Positions 25,541 to 39,949 of a stretch of 64,000 nucleotides of DNA are shown here, one piece after another. Source of the stretch: Sphaerodactylus townsendi (Eukaryota); contig NC_059427.1 in NCBI RefSeq assembly GCF_021028975.2, positions 70,308,001 to 70,372,000 on the forward strand, read 5' to 3'. A program made the translations under genes and the position numbers. The notes below the pieces were generated by a model. The model was not told the DNA's origin. It did not search any database and worked only from the letters and a program-made list of their open reading frames with translations. Positions within the stretch are counted from its first letter, which is position 1. Every line of letters begins with the position of its first letter.

Positions 25541-28500
25541 GAACACAGAGATGTGTCTGCAGACATGTACTAAACATGAATCTAAGATTGGCAACTGAGG
25601 AGCCTAGGCAGTCACATTCCAAACATAGTGTCTCCTTTCCATTGTTAGGGAGCTCACAATAAGGCCCCACAGTGGACTCATCTTTTTAAAGTATCACACT
25701 TTACCACTATCATTCCAAATGTGAGCTAGTCCTGTATTTCTCCCTGATCTCTCCACAGCCACATCATAGTCCATTCTGCCACAAGACTGCATTTTTAGTC
25801 AGGAACCCTACATGCCGGACCCCCCATTTCCTGTCCCCAATTTCTTTCCTTCCTGCTCAAAAATGGAATTATGACCTGTTCCTGCGGGTTAATCTACCAA
25901 GTGGAATGTGGGCCAAGAGGCAGGAGGTGTTAGGTGTATTAAATCTCTCACCTTTCTTTAAGCCCTGGCTGCAGTTTTATTGGCAGAGTTGGTGGCCTGG
26001 GCCATGTTAACAGCCCACGCTCATTAACTCTTCCTCCTCATGTTTCCCTCTTTCCTCATCATGCTCCCCCCAACCCATTCTCTTCATCCACCACCTCCCT
26101 GCAAAAACAGACACATCAAGACACAGAAATTATCGACTCAGGAAAAAAGCTGATTAAAGAGAGCTCAATTTACAGCTCTGGTATCCCAGCTGGCTTTCAG
26201 GGAAGGCTGGAGGTTAATTCTCACTAACTGGGAGAAACTAAAATAGTGGTGTGAGCAAGAGAATGAACAAACTCTCAGCACACAAGAGCTTTGTAATCTT
26301 AGTGTAAGTAAAAGAGGAAGGTCAGGTGATTTGATATTTCCTGTAAAAGTTGCTAACTCTCATAGCTTTATCACAAGTATGTTCCAAAGCTCAAAATAGT
26401 CTATAAAGTTTTGTCTTGTTTGTTAGAAACAATCTGTTCCAATCCTCTTAGGTTTTATAGAGCAATATTCAAAAACAAAGTGATCCAAGAACTAAGTGAA
26501 TAAAAGCAAATACGAATTCTTGTTTTATTTATAAAATTTGGCAGCCTCTTTCATTACCCAGATATTCAAGGCAAACTAAATAATTCTGAAGAAACCATAA
26601 TTAAAACCAAATAAAACAATTAAATACATTGTAAAATGTAAATTAAAGTATCAACTCCATCCAAAACAGCAAGCCGCAACAGGAAATCACAAAAACAGTC
26701 TGACCTAAAACAATTCAGCTGATGGGAACTAACCAGAGAGGGGTCAGTCCAATTTCCTTTAACTAGGCTTGTTATGTTAAAATATAATGAACATATGGAC
26801 TTGAGAATCCTTTCAATCTCCCTGAAACCCATGCACAGATCTCTGAAAGACAGCGACAATATATACATGTGGTTTTTAGTGAGAACAGTTAAAAGAAGAT
26901 GGCATTGGCCTCATTAATGTAACTTTCCAGCTGTTAGCAGATCGATATGCCATAATGCAAATGCAAAGGCTGATAATGCTGTCAGCTAAGGCAGGTGGAC
27001 TGCAAGAATAAGAAAAGGAGACTAAAAATGAGAATGCAAGACAGGGAGAGATGACAGTCCAAGGCAACAACTTAATTATGATTTGTTGAGGGCTGTTTGA
27101 CTTCGGTCACACAGCGCAGAAAACCCATGACAGACCACTTAATTATGATTTTACTTATTTACAAAAAAAGATTGCATTGACTTTCAATTAGAACCTTTGT
27201 TTCTTGTGAATGTTCCACCAGTCTAAGAAACCAGTGAGAAAACTGTTTCAGTCGAAACCATCACGCACTGATTGAAAACATGTCTGTCATCTGTGCACAG
27301 GCAGTCCGGAGAACTGGCTCTGGATGCAGGTAGGGCCAGGCCTCTTTGGAGTTGTTTCAAAAGGAGCCCTCAGCAGACTGGAAGTGAACATGCACAAACA
27401 TTTCTGCTACATACCGTGCTTAATAATGCTTATCCATTCAGCACTAATCCCACTGTCCCTGGGCACGCAGGCCAGCTCAGGAATGGTAATTGCATTATAG
27501 CATGTGTTGCTGGAAATACGGCTTATGGTTACAGTACAGCAGTAGCTTACAACAGAGAGCTACATCTGCCAGAAATGTTGGGGCTATTTGAAGTATGGTC
27601 AGTAAAAAAAACCACATTGGGCAAAAACATTACATTTCACAGCCCTCTCTCCCCATTCCCACTGCTGCCTGCATAATTTTATCCATCCTCAGTTATCCTC
27701 ACAGCTGTAGAAACAATGACCAAATAGATGCACCTTGATGCAAATAGCCCAAGGAATTATATGATACCTTCCCCAGTAAATGGGCAACTTTCCCCCTCAA
27801 TTCCAAATGAGATTTCTTGCAGTGCCTTCTTTGGAAAAGCCAATTTCGCCCTTCCAGGTTTTCACCTATTTCCTATTCATTTTGTTCTCCCTTTTTCCTG
27901 GGCCTAATGTCCTTGTGATATTTGCAGATTCTTCTCCAGAGTCCTGACCTATTTTATCCAAACTGCACTTATTTAATAGCCAGCCCTGCCTCCAATCTCA
28001 TTTCCTGAGGCTCCCAATATTCCCTACTCTCTCTCTCCAGGTATTCCCATCCCTTTGATGTCTTTGTCATTCTGCTCCTTTCCAAATGTCCTTCAGCTCC
28101 ATTGCCAAGTCTTATGATTTATGATGTATTATAATTTATATTATAATAAATATGTGTTTATTATGATGATTATCTATTACCGCTGTTTTTGTCGAAGCCT
28201 CAAAACTTTGCAGTCAGGTGATGCTGTGAAAACAACTACAACCACCTTTCATGTTCATTGGCAAAGGCAGAAGTTTTCCATATTTTTCAAATTGTATAAT
28301 AACAATAGGAAGTTAAGTCCACTTATAAAGGCCCAACGATGCTACTTTTCAAAGGGTTTGGCTTGAACCTCCTTCCCACAGACATCGAGATCTTTAAATA
28401 GGCTCAAAGGAGGATCTCAATTGAGTACATACATACACACAGAGAGAACTTAAATGCAGGCAGATCATCTTTCAGTCTGTCCCCTTGTTCTCTGATGAGG

Positions 28501-28679
28501 TTGTTCATATTCCAAAGGAAAGGTCAGGTTGGTTTAAAGAACAAAGCTCTTGCTTGTAAAAGAACATACAGATGGTTATTCAAAGTCCAAGTGATAACTG
28601 CCCTACTAGTAGGAAAGGCATGGTACTGGAAGAGAAATTCTAAGTCTCCTCAAGGCCCTCAAGAGGAGAGGAAATAGGG

Positions 28680-29005
28680 ACAAGCTCTTCCACCAACCAT
28701 TAGGGCCCTGTGGGACCTTGGCCGGTTCCGTGGGGCTCTAAAGACTGAGCTGTTCCACAGAGAATTTGGAGGAGAGTAACCACAGATTGACATGCATGTT
28801 TTTCCATCATAGGACCATCCCCATGGTAAGGAGCTGAATTTGATTGTTTTTGACTTTGACTGAATTTTAATCGCCATCTGTAATCTTGTTCTGTTCTTAT
28901 GTTTAATTACGGTTTTATGGTTGTTGTGATTTTAATGTTTTATTATTCTGTTCACCGCTCAGAGCCCTTCAGGGGTGGGCGGTATACTAATTTTAATAAA
29001 TAAAT
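28680..29005 (+). mobile_element. L2-like LINE 3' fragment
   Basis: AGGGCCCTGTGGGACCTTGG...AAGACTGAGCTGTTCC and a CCGCTCAGAGCCC...GGGCGGTATA...AATAAATAAA end. Confidence 0.8.
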
Positions 29006-30001
29006 TGCACTTAAAGAATTGCGGTATAATCTGTGGGGGAGGGGTGAAACCATTAAGGAGACAGCTTGGACATGGGACTGGTGTGAAATGACAGTTGCAT
29101 CTGTCTAAGGGGCATTGACACAGGTGCAGAGGCACTTACACTGGTGATGAGAAGCTATGCAGCCCATTTCACTGGAGTAGGGGCAGTGACATTGTTGGTT
29201 TGCTGCCCATGCCACAGCAAGCCTCCTAGGAGGTGTCATGGCTGTGCCATGGCTATTTCATCCACAGCTGTAGCAGAACTACCCTTCCCTCCCACCGAAC
29301 TGCACTGTCAGTTTGCTCCTAATGGCCAATTACATAAGGCAACTTGCAACCTTCCATCAGAAACCTTTAAGATTTATTTACTCTGTTCAGTGCTCTTCAC
29401 AGAAAATCAATGCCTCACACTAACTAACCCTGAAGACTTGCAGACAATGAATCTCAACACCTGTCTCATCTCCAACATGGGCAGCAGGAGAGAATCTTTT
29501 TTCCAGCACTGTACGGTCCCTTCCCAGGGAGCTCACATGTGACTTGCTGCCAACTTCACAGCACACATAGCAGCTTGGGTTCACTGAGCTGTCAATCTGC
29601 TGTCTCTACTGCCAGCCATGGTGCTTGACTCTAAAAAAAACAAGGAAATTCCACAAACTGCAAGGCCACTTATCTCCAGATGGAGAGAGACGCAGAGGTG
29701 CAGTACACTACATGTGTGATTGATGCAGGCTGCCAGCCCAGGGCCTTCTCAGAACCCATTCCAGGAAAGTATTTTTGATTCTCATAGCTAAGAGCCCAAG
29801 AAAATGTGCTGTTACGAGTAGCGTCCTTGGACAGTAGCTAAGTAGAGCAACTTGAAATTAAGACAAAATCTCCAAATCTGAACCTTGGAGACCTCTGATG
29901 CAGACCTTTCAACAAGCCATTAATAGCCACACAAACTGTAATCCAAGCAAGGTTCTCATCATACCATAACAGTGTTTGAACACAGAAGTGCTGTGCCTTA
30001 C

Positions 30002-30113
30002 CTTTGAAAGAGAGCTGCACTCTTGGCGCAGCAAATAGGAAATCCTTGGAGTAGGATGGCCACCAGCCCACGATTAGCAGGGTGGTCCAAAGCAAAAAGC
30101 CAAACAGGGGCAT
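30002..30113 (-). CDS. SEMA3F: Semaphorin 3F, first coding exon (signal peptide and start of mature protein)
   Basis: MPLFGFLLWTTLLIVGWWPSYSKDFLFAAPRVQLSFK aligns with the SEMA3F N-terminus (MLVAGLLLW...ATPRVRLSFK). 112 nt, phase-1 end at AAG|GTAAGG. A polypyrimidine tract and TAG acceptor place the exon start at 30161, giving 48 nt of UTR. Confidence 0.92.
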
Positions 30114-33100
30114 GATCAGGAATGCTGTGAACTCAAAGTCCAGGCAAAATTCTTAGGCAGTCTAGGCAGAGGGGAGAAAAGAAGACACCAAAGTGGTGTG
30201 TTATTAACAGGTCACAAGACCAGAACTGAGAATCTAAAATTTCTCTATTGAGAAGCCACTGTTTTCTTCCAACCAACCCCACCCACCTCACTGGGACGAT
30301 AAACTTGAAGGCTTACATAAGGCAGGTCCAATTCTCCAATATACAACCTTGGTCAATCATCTTCCTCACAGTTACACTCCTAAACAGAATGAAGGAGCAC
30401 TTAATATGTGTGTGCATGTGTTTGTATGTGATGTTATTGCAGTACTTCTGGGCTCCAAATTCCAGATGTTTAACTGTTTAAATGGCTTCTGTGCCTGATG
30501 GTCCCCTGACAGTTTAAATGGCTGACAGTGACGAGTGTGAACTGTGAGTAATGAGGGCCAGCCCATGTGGACTGCTATAGTACAGAGGAGCCAAACAATT
30601 ATCCACGCCCACAGTGAATCCTCAGAATCAATTCCCTTTCTTTTTGCTTTTGCAGCCCTACCAATTTATTATGATTTTATTTGGGTTGATACTTAGCCCA
30701 GTACTGAATATACTCTGGCACACACCACAGATTGGAGCATCTTCTAGATAATTATTTGGATTAACTCTAGCTCAACTTTGCTTTCCATGAGTTTTTATTG
30801 TGAGTCTTTTCATGTGTTTGTTTATTTGAACCTCTAGCCTTGAACCATCCTCAGCGCCCATAAATATTTCTAATTCTCAGGGTTGCAAAGAACAGGCTGA
30901 AGATTACCCTATCGTACCACAGAACCGGTCTATATTCGGAAACTTAAACTCATCCCCATTCTTTTGGCCACCCACCTCTTCTCCTGGAAAGAAAAAAAAG
31001 AGCTATATATATTTATTTCTTGTCTTCCACAGGGAGACACAGATATTATTTAAAATCACCATTTTATTTTTGTAAATTAGGCAGATCCTTCCCCTTTGAC
31101 AGTTGTTTTATATCCTCAGCCTCTCAGATGTAGGACCCTATCTGTTGTATTTCCATTTCGTGTTTTTCCACTGTGCCTATTTGATAATTAACATCCTGTA
31201 TTGATAACAGGTCATCTACCCCCTTGCTTTTGTACACTCTTAAGAGTACTTGGCTTCTCCACAGCTCCCCTCAGAGGGAGTGGATAGAGAAAACTCCCCT
31301 GGGAGGGAGTGGATAGAGAAAACATGTAGGTTTTGTTGTCCTACTACTGTCACAACTTGTGGAGGAGCTGTGGCTCAGCCTATGTCTATAAGAGAGCCAG
31401 TCACACTATTGGTTCCTGCCAAAGGGAAAAGCCAAAGGGCCACATGGATAGACTTGATACCCAGAGATAGACAATCTGCTTTGCATGTAGAAGGTCCTAG
31501 GTTCAATCTCTAAAATCTCCAGTTAAAAGAATCAGGAAGTAATTATGTGAAGAACCTTCATCTGAGACTCTAGAGGGCCACTGCTGGTTAAGTACGCCAT
31601 ACTGACCTCCATCAACCAAGGTCTAACTCAGTATAAAGCAACTTCCTGTGTCCCACAGCTGTTTTAGATGATGGGAGGCAGTTGTGTTGAGTATGTATAT
31701 ATATTAGCAGAGTAGAACAGAAGAGACAGATTCTCAGTTGATTTTTATAAATGAGTTTACTAACTATAAGGGAAAGTTACATGGAGACAAAATAAGAAAT
31801 GCTTTCTTTCCTGTTACACATCTACATTACTGTATGTTTGGTTACAGCTTGCTACCTATCTGCTGTCTCACCTAATGTCGTGTATTTTGTGTCTCTGATC
31901 TACACAAACAAACAGAGTTAACTTTATAACTTCAGATGTACATGCTCATTAACATTCAAGCAATGGCTATCTGACTGACCAATAGCTAATCAATAGATCA
32001 GGTCATAAACAGTGATTTCAGCAACTTATTTACATACAAACAGTTAACCCTTTTATAGTTGAGTTGTGACAGACACTTGCAAAATCCCAACAAGTTGAGA
32101 TAGTTAAAGCGGTTACTTTTTCTCTCTTTTAACCTTTTTTCATTCAGTACAAGGATCATGATAATCAGTGTTATGTTATTTTATCCCCTAAACAGGAGAT
32201 GGATCTGAGAAATGGAAATGAAAAATCCTGTGGCCTTTATATTTGAGAATGAAACAGGAAGTAGATTTGATAGGGATAAATGTGGGAAAGGATTGGGTTT
32301 TTTTGTGTATGTGCTTCCATTATTTATGCCCTGAAACTCATAGGGTGGCTTCCAAAGTTAAAAGGAAAAAAAATGGATCTAACAACAAAATATACAAGGG
32401 GTGGGAATGCCAAGGACAAACAAATCAGCCCAAAAACTAAAACATTGACCAGCAGTGAAACTTGCCTGCAGTAAAAGCAACATGAGAGGCATGTTGGATA
32501 AAAACAGGATAACAAATCAAGATAAAAGAAACAAAAAAGTAGCCAAACAATAACACACAGCCTCACTAAAAGAACACATCAACAGATATGATCAGCAAAA
32601 CTCCTGGAAGGAAAAAAATGTTTGCCAAGCACTAAAAATACACTATGCTTGGCACTAAGGTAATCATCAGAGGGAGGGGAGGCAGCACAACTGAAAAGCC
32701 ACTGTTGCTAGTGCTCATCTTCAAGAGGTGGGGGCTTGTGGAGTAAGGTTTCTAATGAGAATAGTAATGAACAGGTTCTCAGGACAACAGGCAAACCTCT
32801 AAATACTCTAGTCCCAAACTAGTCTCAGAAGGGTCTCTTTGTTAAGTCTTTGGCAGCAAAAACAAATGAGGAATCTTTACCAGCACCTGAGCAACACAGG
32901 ACAAGTGTTAGAAGGTGAAATTCTTTTAAAGTCTTGTCTGGGTTGCTGCTATTTCTTGGGATTCTAACCTTGGGATATATCTTTCAAATGCTGAAGTCTT
33001 AAGAGCATCATTGGAATAGTTGACATCAGAAGTCAGATTGCATCCACTAGGATTCAGGACAGTCTGGTAGACTTCTAGAAAAACACTGGGCAACCTAGAA

Positions 33101-34139
33101 GGGTTGTGATGGGCAACCTTGCTGAGGTGGATTACACAACTGTCTCTAGCAAAGAATTCTTAGGATGCCCAGCAAGCTTGTTTCTGCCTACCCGGTCTCC
33201 CAACCACATCACTCTGACTGAGCAAGAAATTGGTACAGGTGGCTAGGAGAGAACGCAGAAGCAAGATGTTAGTCTCACTACCAATTTAGAAGGGTGAGCA
33301 AATGAGATGGAAACAGATCAGCACTGAGATGGGTGGGGGACAAACCCACTGCTCAGAGACACAGTGATAAAAACCAGTGCCCATCTGATAGCAGAAGATG
33401 GCAGAAATGGCCTGGATGTGAGGAGAAAATGCTGCTGTATTGGATGGCAAGCATTCTAGCAACTACATTTCTCAGAATGCACCATGATGTATCCATGTAT
33501 CTTGATAACTGAGAGCAAGCTGGGCCTCATAGCCCTGGCAGCACCACATGGTTTCAGCTTGGTTGTTGGCCACAGAAAAAATCCAGGATGTAACAGGTAT
33601 AGGCTGATTGCAGTAGCACTTCCTTTGTTAAGCTGTTTGTGTGACTTGGTTGACAAATGTTGGATTTTGCGAGTGTCAGCCTCCTCCATCATGAAAGTCC
33701 TGCAATCCAGTTAAGCCTAAGCAATAAATCCTTTATTTGAGAGAGAAGGAAACCATTCACCTTGTATGTATTGCCAAGATCTATTCGGATAGCTAGGGTC
33801 GATGGATGCTTAGATGTCTTTATCCAGTTACCTAGTGTGACAGCAAATGAAGACTGAAGGTAGAGTGTGGAGAAGGACTGCAGCAGCCTTAAAGACACTG
33901 GTTTAATAAAGGTAGCCATCTAACATAGAACAGGAGGGCCTGGATGCCTACATTCTTACTTCAGTTTGGTCTTTCATTGCCACTGAGATTTGCAGCAGAT
34001 GCTTTAGGATTCACTGCTGTGTTGTAACCACCAGACTGCAGCAGTACCAAGAGTGCCTTTCACATATTACATCAAGAATGAAAGTTATGGCCCTTTCGTT
34101 GAGATTTGGATATGATTACACCTTTCTGCCTTTATTGCC

Positions 34140-34440
34140 ACAAGACATGATTATTGCAGTGCCCTGTAAGCGTGGATGCTACTGAAAAGCATTCATAGGT
34201 AGCAACTGGTACTGAATACTGTGGGGGCCGGGAGTTGTCAAAAGCAGTGCAATACTCCATTTCTCTTGAGTTTGCTTTCTTGCTTTCTGAATATGATTCC
34301 AAGTATTGGCTTTAACCTTTAAAACCTCAAAGTAGTTTAGGCCACACTTCTCCATGTTATCTATAAACCACTTTTTAATATTTTCTTCTACATACATCAA
34401 GGGCTAGTCATCTAAGGAAGAATTCTCAGCAACTCCTCCC
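34140..34440 (+). mobile_element. Old L2 LINE fragment
   Basis: GATTATTGCAGTGCCCTG (DYCSAL) and TTCCAAGTATTGGCTTTAACCTTTAAA (FQVLALTFK) match L2 ORF2 motifs. Confidence 0.6.
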
Positions 34441-37400
34441 AAATTTCCTTCTGCTGCTGGTCCAAGCCTGAGCATGTACCAGAAAAAAACAGGCAACTGG
34501 TGACTGGAATGAATATTGATATGACTGCTTTCTAATATTTTATGTGTGCCTTAATTTTACTTCAATTACATGTTTTGCACTGAATCTTTACTGTTGTTAC
34601 CTATCCTGCACCCAAAACCTGGAGTTCCATATTTAACACTCCTTAGAGAATTATTAGGAGAAAACAAGTAAATGGTTGAGGTCCACACTTTGAGTTTGTC
34701 TTTGTGCAGCATCTATACAGTTACAGGGGACTGCTAGTTATTACATAAACATATGGAGGGGATGATTGCTCATGTGTAACAGGTAAGCTGAAGTTCTAAA
34801 AAGTCTTGTTCAGAAACTTTCTTTTACTACATCATGTAACGCCAATAGAATGATTCAAGAATATGTTATCAATATTCATAGTTTTGGTGGGATCAAATAC
34901 AAGTTGCTGTGAAATGCTGATATATGCTTGGTATGTCTTTTTACAGAATGGACTGTAGTGGAATTTCCTATGCAGTTTGAGGAGCCTACAGAAGGAATGA
35001 ATACCAGACCATTTGAGCCCAAGTGCAATTAACAGTCTCACATGCTGCTCTCATTTGGTAAAGTAAACAGAGTTTGATTGAGGGGCAGTAATCAAGTCAT
35101 CTCCTTTCAGGAATGAAAAGAGTCCTTATAGCCCTATCCTGTACTAGCAGGAGCCAGAGCTAGCAGCCCACCCACTAGGGGCCCTTCCACCCCTACAGAA
35201 GTGCCCCTTCCTCACACAGAGAGAGGGAAGGGAAAGGGAGGACAGGCTACACCTCCTCCTCCCTTTCTGCCCTCCCACTAAGCACAGAAACACAGTGAAC
35301 CAGAGAAATTACTTTATCTAGTACACACTCCCCTTTTTTTGCAGAAGAAATCTGGACACAATTATTTAAAAAGACAAAATGCATTTTCCTTAGAAGTACT
35401 TTTTTTAAAAAAAGAGTGTGTGTACCAGACCATCTGGGTTCCACTGGGGTCTTAGCTGGAACAGATTCAACAGGCCTGCCTAGATAGAGTGCCAGGGGCC
35501 CTGCGAAAGTGGCTAGCCAGAATTCAGGAGGGGTTAGGCATGTGTAATTTACAACATTATTTTTGTTCATCCTCAGGTATAAGTTACACACAGCTTTTCC
35601 CAATTCACCTAAGATTCTCACAAATATAAAATACTTTCCAACATGGCATTCACTCTTGCTCTTAACCCAGAGACTCTGGTTTTGAATCTGCAATAGTTCC
35701 CTGGTCTTTAGTTTCTTTGGTTAACTAGCCATGTAGCCATATAGGTCACAACAACTGAGTGGCTGGCCTCAATGTAATATGTTTGCTTTTGGGGCTACAA
35801 AAGCATTTATTCCAGGATAATTGCAAATCTTGCTTGCAGTTTCAGCATGCTGAGTAAATATAGAACAGAAATGTCTTATAGCTTAGTGCAGAAGTGTGAT
35901 ATCCAGGATGCAAAATTGGCCATTCTATAAAGCCCTTACAAGGCACTTACAAGATCTGTTTCTTTCTCAATGCTGTAAGCTTTGACTGACTACCACTTTC
36001 CACAGAAGTTAGCAATTTTGTTTAAAAACCCACCCACTGCAGCACTTTTTGTTTTATCTTTTCTAGAGACTGCCCAGCTGGAAGACCCATTGTGCAAGAG
36101 AGCTAAACAAATATTAAGAATTAATCACATGAGTCTCCAGTCCAAAGAGATGGACAGATGATAGGACTTGTAACCATATTTAGAATAGCAACATTGAAAT
36201 ATATAGGTGACTGGATTCCAATCCAAGCAGTCTCTGACATTTAACACAGTCAAAGACGATCACCACCCAGGGGTTTTGAGATGTAGTCATAACAATGAAC
36301 ATGTTTGGGGCACATGCATATCATCATGACTGGCAAGAAAGTCAAGCTTGGGGTCAAGTCCATCCACTTCTCTGCCCAGGAAGCAGGCAGTATGTTTCTC
36401 TAACTGAGCCTACTAAGCATTTTCAATCCCCTGGATGCAACATGTGGCATTCAGTCACAGCTCACAGCAGAGGCTATTGCAGTCTGATCCCTCCCTTTGC
36501 TCCCTTCTACCACGTTCTCTGACTTTTCCTTGGTCTTGCTGGAGTGGACAGAAAGAGCTTTCCATGCTCTGTTGCTACTACAAAACATGCTATAAGAATT
36601 CCATGTTTGCATAGGATCCCCACAACATCATGGATATTACGGCAACAGACATGCACTAAATCTGTTTCTACTGTGCTAAGCTGAGAAAATATTCGGACAA
36701 ATTTATAACCCATGTTAAAATATTCCATGTGTGCATACATGTCAGCAGGCAAAACCTCTCTGGGTATAATCATTGTCCTATAATCAAGGCTTCTGAAAAC
36801 TCAAACCTCATACATATCTGACATGTGATAAGCAAAACAGCCAATTTTCTTTAAAAATTCCCAGGATGGCCAAAAACAAATTGAAGTTTGAAAGAAAATA
36901 CAATAGGCTCAGCAGTGGCATTGCACTATGGGGCTGAGGAATGTACCTAGCCAATCCCAACAGTGCCCCCTCTGGTTGACTGGGGAACTGCAGGAAAGTG
37001 GGGGTTAATGACAGAAACAAACTTCTGGGATTTCACAGGAAAATCCTTGGAATCAGTCAAACAAATCCAGACTGGCTCTAAAGACGTTTAGAATAATGGA
37101 TGGGCCCTCAGGAGAATGCAGTTTTCTTCAGCTGTGGGCAATACACTACTATTGCAGAAGTTAAAGTTTCCCCGGGGCAATATATCATAACAGTTTCCTT
37201 TACACTAGGTAAATATTTGTGATATTTGTCTGTCTTTCCACACACACTTACACTCCCCACTTTGAAGATTCTATACTCAGTGCACACAGGATTTTCTGGA
37301 TCCAGAATGTCTAAAAACCAAATTACCCTGTGAAATAAAAGCTGTTGTTAAATCAAGCCCCTGCCGGCCTTGGGAAATAGTTCTGGCAAATACTGATATT

Positions 37401-39949
37401 GCATTTGGATTGTGCTGTGCGTGCCAGTGAGAGCGAGTGAGATGGCAAACAAAGGAAAAGGGGGGGAGGGACGCGAGGAATGCAAGGGAAAAAAGAGGAG
37501 GGAGGCAAGGAGCTGCAGAAAGTGGGGAGAGAAAGGCAAAGAGATTGAGAGAATACCATCCTTCAGAACTGTTGCTAAATCTAAATCTCTTTGTACAGGC
37601 GGAAGTGAAGTGAGTGAGCAAGACAGTATGTCACCATACAACTGAGGAATTAACTAGTATGCCATGCCTGGAGAGCTGGAGTTCTTTGGTATATGAAGCT
37701 CAGCCACTTCTCAGTCCCTGATAAATAAACTGTGATTAATCCAACCACTTCTGAGCTGAGACCATAATAGAAAAAAGAAAAGGTTGGGGACCCTTTCTCC
37801 TGGCTCCTGGCATATCTGTTCAGGAAGAGAGGGGTCTCTGATCAGTTTCAGTTTGTAAATGTCAGCATATGCATCTAAGCCTCCTGAGAAAGGAGCTTAC
37901 AGTACAGGAAATGTTCGGGGAAAAGCAAAAGATCAGGGATATGAAAGGAATTATTAATAACTCCGTGACTAATACGTGCATGAACACAAACGGACAATGA
38001 CAACAGCAAAATCTGTGCAGCTTTGGGCAGGGCAAATAACTTTACCAAACTATGCTGAGCTGCAGTAACCCACTGATCCACTCTGTTGAACTATATCCTT
38101 ATTCCTATGCTTTCCTGGCCTATTTTTAGGCAAGCTGAATCTCCCCCATGAAGATTTTATTCCATCTGGACTGTTGTTTCTGGGGCTTTCTCAAAATAGT
38201 TCTCTTCAAGAGGAGCAGAGATTTCTTCTTTGCTTTATAACATTCCTTCTTCATTTTCACTGTTTTTTAGACTCCACTGATCTGAGAATTCTAACAGTAG
38301 CAGGGAGCAGATTAGGCCATTAGATTATGGGATGTATTAAACTGTCTTCCACTGAACCAGTCTGAGGTTTGTTCTAGCCTGCCCCCCCCCCCCCCCCAGA
38401 TCCTTTTAACTAGCCAGGCCAGTGACAGAACTGGGGACCTCCTGCATCTTCAATACACGCTTATAACTGGGCCACAGCTCCTTCCAAAAGGGCAGTAGGT
38501 CAAGCGCAGATGAACTCTTTGTTTGGGCCAAATAGCTGAATGTGTTACAGGGGCACTTGCCATCAGCTTTAATCATTTCACAACTATTTGCTTACTGGTA
38601 GTGGAGAAACAAATCACATTTAAGACTGCCTGAAGAAAGGGCAGGTGACTTCTTCTGTGGCCCTCTTGACAGCTATACATGGGAGAAGGGACTCTCCTTG
38701 TAACAGTAATTGCAGTCCATTCATATTCTGCCTGCCATGCACTGGAGCACCTTGTTGGATTCAGGTGAGGAGTTGGGACCCAAGCCAATGGGAAGAACTG
38801 TAAGCAGAAGACATTGAAAACTTTTCTGTCCCCTTTGCTCACAAGTAGACAGTTCCCCCGCTCCATCCGCACTCAATCTTTTCAGGTATACATGGATATG
38901 ATGAAACTGTAGAAGTGGTGTACCTGTTTAAAGTAACACACACAAACACACATTGTGGATAGTGTAGAAGTAGGGGGTTATGGCCTATCAGTCGCTTGGA
39001 CAACTAGGTAACTACAATTACAAAAAGAATCATAATAATCAAATTCAGTAGAATCCAGTGTTATGATGAGGGTTCTGCAATGAACAGGGGATAAAATATA
39101 TGCTGATGTACTTAAAAATCAAAATCTTATTAAGCAGTGTGAAGAAAAGTACCCCCATACCATGTGAGCGTGCACGCACACACACACAGCTGGCTCTGCC
39201 AAAAAAGTTAGACAAATTCATTTAATACTGATCAGTTATAATATAAAACTGCATTTAGGTGGCCTTGCAGTGCAAAAAAACCCACAAAACCCACAGTACA
39301 ATTGGCTGATGTGAAACTTCAACAACACAATGCCTTCTCTGCGTTCCAAGGCCACTTGGAAAGAGGCGTAGGCAGAGAAAACCTGGCCAGAATTGCCATA
39401 TTGGTAAAACAAATTGTTTCTATGGGCCAGTATCTTTTCTCTAATAAAATTAAATACTTCAGGCTACAGCACAAGAAACAAGAAAATTATAGAATGGCCT
39501 ATCCCCTAGTGTTAAAGCTTAGGGATGTGCTAAGAAGGGAAATGAACACATGAGCGTTTTGGATAGTAGCCACTGGTTTTTGAATTTGACTGTTTTTTGG
39601 AGGATTCAGTTTTTTCAGTAGCTTTTAAGTGTTCTCAGTCACTAATGTGTGCAGAAGACTACTTTAAGCTCACAATCTGACATATTAAATAGTTTTTCAC
39701 TTTTTGTTCTGGGAGTAGGAGTTTTTAAATAGTTAAGAGACGCAGATTTTACTCATGTGTTACATGGAGGCCCAATTAAAACCTCTAATGTGAAGGCAGC
39801 AAGGCCTGTTGTTTTATACAGAGGCATAAGAGAGGCATTTTTCAAAGATATATTCCAGCTGTTGTGGGCCATATATATTTGACGTAGGGTTCGTTCCTTG
39901 TGAAAACGGCCTTTCATCCAAACTACTGTGAAAAATAGGGGTCCTCTAG

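Noticed and set aside
29838-30001. ORF extension beyond ...VQLSFK
   Set aside because: Read-through into the intron past the GTAAG donor.
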